From Trichinella spiralis (Eukaryota): 47,649 nucleotides of DNA. Position 1 is the stretch's first letter, and every line of letters begins with the position of its first letter. The notes under the pieces are model-generated. The model did not search any database and was not told the DNA's origin. It worked only from the letters and a program-made list of their open reading frames with translations. Positions 37,754 through 47,649 of this stretch are shown here, piece after piece. Both the position numbers and the translations under genes were made by a program. The stretch is taken from contig NW_003526945.1 of the NCBI RefSeq assembly GCF_000181795.1, positions 2,800,765 through 2,848,413 on the forward strand, read 5' to 3'.

Positions 37754-40713
37754 ATGGAGCCGTTACCTTTATGCATGTCGGCTGATGAAGAGCATCGTTT
37801 GCGTGAAATTCTGCAACAGGCAGACGCATTTAGAAAACGCGAAGAGATGGATCTCATGCGACAACCACTGGAAGGTCAACTTTTGAAGTTCACCAATGCT
37901 TTTCAAGGATGGCAAAACCGTTGGTGCGTGCTGGATCCAAATAAAGGACAGTTGCGGTATTCGACTTTAAATAATTTTTTCCCATTTTGCAGTATGCACA
38001 TCGTTAGGTTATTTGCATTTAGTTATTATCTGAAAGGTGAATGTAAGAATCAAAAACCGAGGGGCGTGTTGAGTTTGGTCAATGCTGAAATTAATCCCAG
38101 TGAAGAAGATTCTGTGACATTTTCTGTAACGCCCGTTGCCGGGGAAATGTACAAATTTCGGGCCTCGGATATTAAGCAAAAACAAGAATGGGTAAACCGT
38201 TTGCGCACCGTTGCTGCCGATCATACCGAACGAAAAATAAAGTAAGTTGTTATTGGAATGGAATGATTATTTATTATTTTTACACGTATTTCGAATTATT
38301 GTTAATTTTATTACCGGAAGTTACGTATGCAGCGTGTTTGATTTCAAGCACGTTCATTTTGCTTATTACTTGATCTTATTTTATCTCAAGTTTCGATGAT
38401 CACTTAACTTTCATTGCATTTTTCACAAAAAGTTCTTCATGTACTAATCGAAGATTAGTTTGTGGGCTTAATTGTTTTTGTTAATGTTAAAATGATAATT
38501 TCTCGGCACATTTTACAATTGTTTTGTTTTATAAATTTCTAAATTAAATTTGTTTTCAGTAAAATGCTATAAATGTAAATGTTTAGCAGTTATTTCAAAT
38601 TTGTATAGCGCATATTCATAAAAAACAGTATCGTACTGAATAAATGTTTAAATTTTTATTTTCCAAATTTCCTGTTTTTTTTTAATTTTGATTGAATGTT
38701 CAATCTTATTGTGATATACTGTATATATAGTTATAAATTGATATTCAAGTTTTAACATGTATCTCTTAATAGAAGGAAAAAAATGTTAGATTATTTTTTT
38801 AATTTAAAATATGTGAATGCAATTGCAATTTATATTTTATTTTGTATTATCGGTGTGTGTTTGAAATTGTTTTGATTGGTTTGAATTTATTATTAATTTA
38901 GAAATCGCAAATCTCAAGCTGTGGTGAAAAGGACCACTTTTTCCGACAATATTTACAACGGTACGGCTCGTCAAGTGACCGTTTTTACTACTTTGCAAAA
39001 TTTACTTTCTTCTACCTCTGAACAGCAGAACTATTTGATACGTAACATCGATGAACTGCCCAGAGCAGTTGTGGATAACGTGCCCGTTTATCAGGATTGT
39101 CTGGCCGTCAAGTCCTATCTGCAATCGTTGCTTGATAATTTGAACGAATGTTTTGAAGCGTTGAAAACAGTTGAGGTGGGTTTTGTAAGATCGGATATTG
39201 ATTAAATTTTGAAGCGATGAAAAAAAAAAGCAAAAAAATAATGTAGTTTGAAATAATTTTAGCAAGGAATTGTTTCGTCGTTGTATGCAGAAGCTTCTAC
39301 AAATGGTGATGGTTCATCGGTTGATGACCAACAAAGCGTTGTGGTGGAAAGTAATGATTCGTATGATGAGGAAGATGAACAAGTTGATGATACATTAGCT
39401 GTTCCCTTGCCTGTCAGCATCGAAAGCAGCAGCGGCAAAATCATGATTAGTAGTGGTGTTGGTGGTAGTGTTCAGAGGCGTGGGCAGAAGCCGAAGAAGA
39501 AAGACTCACTTTTGACGGTGACGAGCCATCTGAAATTAGGCACCGACATGACCAAAGTGGCTTTGCCGAGCGTTTGTATGCGCGGCTATTCGCTGTTGGA
39601 AATGTACAGCAATTTTTTTTCCAATTCGTCTTATTTTCTCGACATAGCCGAAAAGAGAACCGCGGACGAAAGGCTCATATCCATACTGAAATGGTACTTG
39701 ACCGCTTTTTACTTCGCTTTCGGCGACGACGTCTCACACAAGCCGTACAATCCGGTGCAGGGCGAAACGTTCACCTGCAGCTGGATGCAGTCGGTCGACG
39801 ACACTGACCGCCGACGGCGGATCCGTTTCCACGCTGAGCAGATCTCCCATCGACCGCCATGCACGGCAATTTTCGCTTCATCTTCGGCCGGAAATTTGTT
39901 TTTCAACGCCACCATCAGCCACAAGGCCACATTTATGGGCAACTCGATCAACGTGACCAGCTTCGGAGATGCCAAGCTGGCCGTGTCTACATCCGACGCC
40001 GGCGACGGGTCCAACAAGCGGTATGTGAAAATTTTGAACATATTTTTCAGAAATGACAACAAAAATCCTACGACTACTACTACTATCACTACTGTTTTTC
40101 TTTCTTTCTCTCTTCCACAGATGGGAGGTGTATCAGATTGGCTTTCCATCTCTGCTCGCTCGTTCCATATTGACGGAACCGTGGATGGAACTGGGTGGTA
40201 AATTTCAAATCGCCTGCCAGCAGAGTGAAATGTCAGCGGCGGTCACTTTTCACACCAAGCCGTTCTATTTCAGCAAGCTGAACCGCGTCACGGTCGAGGC
40301 AAAGACCGCCAGTGGTCATGCGTTTTGCCGGATGCAGGGCGACTGGCGTTACGCGATTCACATTGAACTGCAAAGCGGTTCAACCGACATGATCGACGTA
40401 CCTTCAATTGGTTTGTGTTATTGTTTTTCGTTTGTTGTTGTTGTTTACTGTTTGTTGTTTGTTTGTTGCAGCGAAAGCGGTTCGACTGATTCGACCGTTG
40501 GATAAGCAGGCTGAAAATGAGTCGCGAGTTGTGTGGAAAACTGTAACCGACTGTTTGAGAAACGGCGATTTGACGGCCGCAGACGAGGCAAAAGTCGCAG
40601 TTGAACAGCTCAACCGAAACAAGCCCGCTTCGAACAAATACTCCGCATTCAAGCCTCTGGTCGATTCTACATTTTTCATACACAAAGAGATGCCACTGGA
40701 TGCGTACAATTAA
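37754..40713 (+). CDS. Oxysterol-binding protein-related protein (PH + ORD; ORP9/10/11-like)
   Basis: PH domain LEGQLLKFTNAFQGWQNRWCVLD...INPSEEDSVTF..YKFRASDIKQKQEWV. ORD LKLGTDMTKVALP, HKPYNPVQGETFTCSW, EQISHRPP, ARSILTEPWMELGGK, FHTKPFY, ESRVVWKTVT. A possible in-frame upstream exon at 37240-37295 would extend the start. Confidence 0.92.
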
Positions 40714-41048
40714 TAAATTAATTTCCCCTTTCCCTAGAGCGGAAAGTGAAAAATTGTACGAATACGTTCGTTATACGGACTTATTATATATTCATATATT
40801 CATTCATTGTGATGATAATTTATTATTATTATTCAGTCATAAAATATTTACCCGTCTTGTTTATTGATTGTTCTTTGATAACTGTCAGTTGGAAAGAGAA
40901 ACTTTGTTGAAAGCAGTTATTATATTTGCATTATTTTTGTTGATTGTTGTGTGCGTTTTGTTTTAAATAATTGCACAGAGGAATAGATTCTATTACAAGG
41001 CGGTACAGAATAACAAAGTAAGAAGAAGAAGAAGAAAGAAGTGGTGGC

Positions 41049-41979
41049 ATGCAACAGCGGTTGTCAAACGGTGCTGATGAGAAAGAAAAGCACATTCGCA
41101 TCCAAGATGTAAGAAATAAACAAATACAATTATTATTTCACTCCCCTCCCCCTCCCCTCTCCATCTCCTAGTTTTACCTCTCCCTGTTCAAGGGATATCG
41201 ATTTAGCAGGGTTGTTTCGTTTAGATTGACGTCTATTTCAACAATGCTGAAAAGCATTTGAAGCGGGCGCAAGTGATCTCCGAGAGCCCGTTGCTGTTGC
41301 AACCGTACGTGTCGAAGTGTCTGGAAAATGCCAAGCCCCTGTTTTGGAACGTCAAACGTACAGCCGATCAAGCGATCGTCTATTTCGATTATTTCAAAGC
41401 GGCGGCCGAATGTGAACAAAAAAATTTTTTTTCAACATTTTCTTTTTCTCCTGCATATTCATAATTGTGGAGGTTTTTTGTTTTGAAGGTAATTATGCGT
41501 ACTTTGTCAAAGAAGACCAGACCGCTTTGCCGAAAACAGTTGCCATTGCTCTGGCAGCGATGGGTGGCTTTTTGATGGGCTTTCGCAAAGGTACTGAAGC
41601 AGAAAGTTCAATTTCAGTTTTTGAAATTATTGTCATTCTTGTTGTCCAAGGTGACAAGTTGTCAATGGCCAGTTACAGTTTGTTGGCGACAAGCCTGGCC
41701 GCTGTGTTCTGCTATCCGCAGCCGACGGTGAAGCTGATCCAACAAGGGGCGGAAAAGCTGCTCCAGTACCGTTGGAATCACCATTCCAGTGCGTACATCC
41801 ATCCCCCTCCCATTTTACGTTGATTATTCTAATTTTTGTTATGTTTTTTAATAATTTCAGCTTCTGCTTCGCCACAGTCGCGGTCGTCGTCGTCGTTGTC
41901 TTCCGCGACCACAACTAGCACTGCCAGTGATAGCCGAGACAGCGACATGTACACAACTCGCAGTGACCGCATAGCCTGA
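41049..41979 (+). CDS. moma-1: MICOS subunit MIC26/MIC27 (apolipoprotein O family), 5 exons
   Basis: LPKTVAIALAAMGGFLMGFRKG...LLATSLAAVFCYP matches the ApoO twin-hydrophobic segment ending in CYP. GT-AG exons join in phase, with a Ser-rich tail. Confidence 0.82.
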
Positions 41980-44061
41980 AGCAAAGTTAAACGGATGCTG
42001 CATGTTGTTCGTTGGAGACGAATTTTTCCCCCTTTCGAAAGTGAAAATTCTCTTATTTCCATTCGTTACATTCTTCGATTGGTTCTCAAAGTCGTATTCT
42101 ATGCGTACTGCTCTCTCTGTATCCCCATTTTTGGCCAGGTCAATTCTTCCAACTTGCTGTACATATTACACAGCTCATCATCTGATCGGATTTTCTCAGC
42201 TAACGAGCTTAATCCTAACTCGACTTTGAATAGTTTGCTGCATGTTGCATGTTTGACAGGCGAAAACTTTTCTTCTTTTATAAAACTTTCCCACTTCTAA
42301 AACGATCTTTTAAAATATTCTTTGATTAATGTTATTTATAATTAAAAAAAATTTTTTACTCCACTTTAGTTCAAAATCCATTTTGAAAACAAATTTCTTT
42401 TTCGAACAGTATTGAATTACTTTTTATCATATTCGTTAAAGTCAGCATTCAAGCAGCACTTTTATATTCTGTGAATTCTTTGTTCATTTCGCATGTTCTT
42501 CAATCGTGCCTTTTATTTTTGCATCCACCCACGTTCCGGTGCGTGGTCGTGAAATAACCGACGAATGATGCTGCTGTGAAGCTGCTGAATGTGAAAGTAT
42601 TTCATTAAATAACGTGTGCTTCAAAACTTTTACTTTTATTATGAAAATTGTAGTTGATAAGTAAGTAACTTTTTTGAACAGTTTATTCCACTTGAAACTA
42701 TGCGTAGCGCATCAGAAAAGCAGCTATTTTTCAATAGCCATTGACCGTTTGTTTGGATACCCCTTTTGATTGATGTGAGCAATTAGATTTCATTTCCTGG
42801 TCATGCTTATTTACCAGGTTGCACTATTGTTCGATGAAAACGAAACACCAAAACAGGGCAAGATTGCTAAATTTTAGGGTCTTTACGTGAAATGAAAAAA
42901 TAATTCGACTTGCCAATTTATTGAAAACATATAACTTCTGAACGTATAACGATCATTTCGGCAAACGATAAATCTCAATGACTGTTCATCGAATAGCCAA
43001 TATCTCAACGAAACGTCGTTGTCGATGGAAAATAAACGCTGAAGCTGAATATTCTTTTCTCTTCATACAGACGGAAGTTGCCAATCATTAACTCTCTTTC
43101 AACAGAAGCAAACATTGCCAATTTCTGCACAGGAAACATTGTTGACATCGAACCTATTAGATTCGAACTAATTTGACTTTCCTGACGATCAACTGCATTG
43201 AATTTTTGAAATGATTGCTGTTAAATAATCATTAATTGCTGCAAATCAAAACGAATGCGTTGTAAATGTTTACTTTGCTAAAAAGCAAACATTTTATGGA
43301 ATGTCGTCCCCATTACCATCTTTTTCATGTATTAAGCTTGTAATTAATAACAAATGTGTGCGTATTTGCATTTACTTTCACAAAGTGACAACGATGCAAT
43401 TGTGATTTGCATAATTAGTATAATATGGAGTCCGTCAGGGTGAACCTTCATTACAAATGCTATGAAATTACATAAATTCACAATTCATTTCAACCTATTG
43501 GTCTCATGCGTGGTATTTATTCGAATCTGTAGAGGTATCCACCACTTTGTACGGTGAAACTTATTCCATGCTACTCAGACAATGGGGCATATTGTAAAAT
43601 AAATTTATGATTATTTCAAGCAATTGTGTGCCGGTTATAGGTATGTAAATTTTCAATAACCCACAATCTATGATTTTCTGAGAAATTTGATAAAGCTGAC
43701 AGTTTAAGCATTCGAAATTTACAGAACAAAAAAACTGGCGTATTGCACGAAAATAAGTTTACAATGAGATAATTTTGGATAATTCTTATCTCTAAATTGT
43801 AATTAATTAAAAACTTCAGTATACAAGGGTTTTTTATTTTAAAGGTTACTATTACATTAATGAAATTCAGGAACAATTCTTATTAAAAATTAAATTCCTA
43901 TTTCGGGTGAAAACATTGATAGTTTTGTTGTAAAATTTAATAAAATTATTCGGTATGCACATTTATTGAACTTCTCTTTTTCATTCCTTTTTATTTCGAT
44001 TTCATTAAAATCACACTTAAGTTTCACTTTTTTTGGTATATCTCAAGAAATACGCAATCAG

Positions 44062-47000
44062 GCATCCAATCAATGCATTCAATTTTGCATTTACATTCCG
44101 CTTTATAATTTCTAATTATGATTTTTATAAATTTCTAAAACTACTTAACAAACACCAATACTTAAGAAAAGCTCAGTTTAATTGCACAGCTATCCTAACG
44201 GCTACGGATTAATAAAAAATGGGGTTATAATAAATTAAATCATTTTATTTACGAAATACAAAAACTCAGCTTCGGTGTCTATAGCTAGGATTCGCTACGC
44301 CAAAATAAATTCTAATACCTGCATAACCACATATACATTTGAATTCACATGAAGCAACAACCACCAAACATACACAATGGGCAGGGTAATTGTGTAATGA
44401 GAAGTGTTTATATTTTTGGCAAAGTTCCAATTAAATTTTCTTCTCAAACGGAGTGCATTAAGTAAATAAAGAGCAAATGAAAATGTACGGTAGCCGTATT
44501 TATCAGCAGAAATGAATAACATAAAAATTTGCATGCGAGGTCGTTCGCTTTATTGACCTAATAGAAATCATTTCAGTTTGAGGCCGTCCGTGGATGGTAG
44601 CTCAGCGTTTTGATTGGAAAATTGACTGAAGACAAACATTGAAGCCAAACACTATTCTTGCTTTTTATTCATTATTATTTTTTGGAACAATTTCTGAAAA
44701 ATAATTTTTTAATCAACATTCAAAGACAATGAACATTAAGGATGAGAAAATGGTGCATTTAGCAGTAAGTGGCAGTTTTTTCATTTTTAAGTCATAATCA
44801 CTTAACAATACAATAGAGAATCGATATTGATTAAATACACCCTGTACGCATTGTTTATCTATTATTAAAATACGATTTTTCGAAAATCACCTTTGTAGTA
44901 GCTAACATGCACTTTTCATTGACAACAAGCAAGCTTTTATCCGCAAATTGTTCACTTAAAATTAGCTTCATTTGAGCTAGTTGGTTTTCTGATTTAAGAA
45001 AATTTTCAGACATACGTAGTTGTATTTTGTCTAAGTGAATTTTGTTTAGTTTCGGCGTTTTTTGTTAGTATATATTTTGAATGGATTTTAAATATCAAGG
45101 TCATTTTTGAATTTTCAAATAGTCCTTTCCTTATTGGTAGAATTTAGCAGTGCATTTCTTCTGCTTATATTACGGCTTAGGTTTGACTTTATCTTCAGCG
45201 AAAAGTTCTAACGCACTAAAAACCGGTTTCTAACGCTGCATTATGCAAATAACTATCGCTATAAGGCGCCTTATCATCAGTCAGGGTGCGTTTGTTTGCT
45301 TAATTTACGTGCCAATTAGTAGCATCGTTGAACGTTCTCTGAGTTCATTATAGCGTTAAGTAGCTGCTGAAGTCGGTTTCAGAATTACTGACAAGTATTC
45401 CATTTTTCTGCTTTTCATTTTCTTAAAACTTTGTATACTCATTATGCAAACAATTATTTTTTAATTAGATAGCACTTAATGATTATATTTGTTATAATTC
45501 TACTTTGTGATAAAGTGAGGACAATTTTGATTTAATATCATTATTACAGGTTTAAAGAATGGAGCAAAGAAAATGTGAAAACGCGGACGACNNNNNNNNN
45601 NAGGGAAGGGAGCTTCACGCTCCAGGATGGGGCCCATTTTTGGTCTCTCCATCCTCCACCTGCATTAAATATTTCAAGTCCCATTTCCGGCATGTTTGCC
45701 ATTTCGCAGAACTCATTTATGCCAGACTTTATCTGTTTGTTTGTATTACATTGCACATTTATCTTTTTTTTTTGAAAAATAAACTTTTTCATTAATAAAG
45801 AATTGTTGTTGTTGTTGTTGTATTGTTCCTGGTTAATATTAAAAGAAAAATAATTTTTTTTCTTACCTTTAAATAGATTATTAATTTACATGTGTTACGT
45901 ATATTATTTGATTTTCCCCCATTTTAACTGTTTTGTTTTTGTTCCTATAAACTAATTAATATTGCTGGCTGGCAACTAGTAATGGCAAACATGATTTTCC
46001 CCTTTTTAACTAATCCTACATGAGCATCATCGTTAAGAAATAACGCAGTATTGGTCTTTTGTTACGTCTGTGTATTGTGTCTTTGTAATGAAGAAGCTTT
46101 CCACACTCGACATCGCCAAATCGTATCTATCTTCTCCAACGTGCCTATACTTACCTCACTTGACCAACGAGCGGAATTGACCAACGAACGCAATTGACCA
46201 ACAAACGATTCGATCCAATCTATCCACAACCTTTCACCGATCTTGGCTTTCTCCACTTGTCTTCTTTCTTCTTCATGTCCATTATTTTTCCATGGTTTAT
46301 TACGTGTTTACTTATTAGTATGCAATGCTTTCATGTGTCAGAGATTTTACAAAGTCAAACTCAAAATAAAAAGAATCTGAGAAAAAATATTTGAAGAAAT
46401 AAATTCAAAAAACATGCAAATTTACACTATAAGAAGAAAAAAAGTGAAAGTGAAAAAGAATCAAAAGAAATAATAGGAGAAATTAAAAAATGATTAAAAT
46501 GTATAAAATGAAGTAGGAGAAAATAAAGTTTGATGAATGTTTGAAGTTTAACAGTTTGAAAAATAAAAATAAAATATAAAAAATTTGCTTTAGAAAGTGT
46601 TCAAAATCAAATTATGTAAGTAATGAATAACAAAAATTACAAAATATACGAAAATCAAAAATTATTTCGACACATGAAAGCAGNNNNNNNNNNTTAACTT
46701 GTGTTAAGTATATTATTTGGATTTTCCCCCCATTTTAACTGTTATGCTTTGTTCCTTTTAAACTAATTAATATTGCTGGCTGGCAACTAGTAAAGACAAA
46801 GATGATTTTTCCCTTTTTAACTAATCCTACATGAGCATCATCGTTAAGAAATAACGCAGTATTGGTCTTTTTGTTACGTCTGTGTATTGTGTCTTTGTAA
46901 TGAAAGAAGCTTTCCACACTCGACATCGCCAAAATCGTATCTATCTTCTCCAACGTGCCTATACTTTACCTCACTTGACCAACGAACGGAATGGACCAAC

Positions 47001-47607
47001 GAACGCAATTGACCAACAAACGATTCGATCCAACCTATCCACAACCTTTCACCGATCTTGGCTTTCTCCACTTGTCTTCTTTCCTCTTCATGTCCATTAT
47101 TTTTCCATGGTTTATTACGTGTTTACTTATTTGTATGCAATGCTTTCATGTGTCAGAGATTTTACAAAGTCAAACTCAAAATAAAAAGAATCTGAGAAAA
47201 AATATTTGAAGAAATAAATTCAAAAAACATGCAAATTTACACTATAAGAAGAAAAAAAGTAAAAATAAAAAAGAATCAAAAGAAATAATAGGAGAAATTC
47301 AAAAATGAATAAAATGTATAAAGTAACATAGGGGAAAATAAAGTTTGAATGAATGTTTGAAGTTTAACAGTTCGAAAAATAAAAATAAAATTTAAAACAT
47401 TTGCTTTAGAAAGTGTTCAAAATCAAATTATGTAAGTAATGAATAACAAAAATTACAAAATAAACGAAAATCAAAAATTATTTCGACACATGAAAGCAGT
47501 TGCGTACAAAAGTTTTGCTGCGTGAAAGACCAAGTACTGCATTAATTTCAAAACTCAGCCATGTAGGTTGGTCGTTAACCTTAAATTACAACTATGGGAT
47601 AACCTTC
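44062..47607 (-). repeat. Same repeat family, right (inverted) copy, with ~0.8 kb of it present twice (about 45880-46683 and 46694-47499)
   Basis: Reverse complement of 3198-6728. The segment either side of the 46684-46693 gap recurs, as shown by duplicate ORFs 46062..46256 / 46874..47071 and 46194..46394 / 46991..47209. Confidence 0.93.
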
Positions 47608-47649
47608 GCCCTTTCGAGTATCCCATCCCAGACCTACGGAATTGGGGTC

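Noticed and set aside
44590..44645. tRNA-Phe-like TAGCTCAG...GACTGAAGA (also near 6155-6195 on the minus strand)
   Set aside because: Wrong spacing, no T-arm/B box and no acceptor stem.
46146..46160. U1-like ATACTTACCT
   Set aside because: It is just the reverse complement of the splice donor; the rest of U1 is absent.

Overview
Eukaryotic, AT-rich, short-intron genomic DNA, most consistent with a clade I nematode such as Trichinella (inferred from composition, ~55-120 nt introns, relaxed TAG/AAG acceptors, and nematode-type CPG4 and MICOS genes). A ~37 kb gene block holds V-ATPase subunit G (-), TRAPPC8 (-), a BLM-type RecQ helicase (+), a CPG4-domain secreted protein (+), VPS51 (-), a PH+ORD oxysterol-binding protein (+), MIC26/27 (+) and two small orphan secreted/membrane genes. 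The block is bracketed by two inverted copies of a ~3.5 kb unclassified repeat (3198-6728 and 44062-47607). That repeat carries a gap-interrupted, hairpin-dense GC-rich core whose G-U pairs and GNRA loop point to an RNA, a hammerhead-like motif, and a 3x17-bp array next to a splice donor. The left end holds an internally deleted, frameshifted piggyBac element with intact ends and TTAA target sites inside a probable pseudogene, plus a degenerate GC-rich relic with a TATA/initiator promoter. Exon models were built by hand; no database searches or folding calculations were run.
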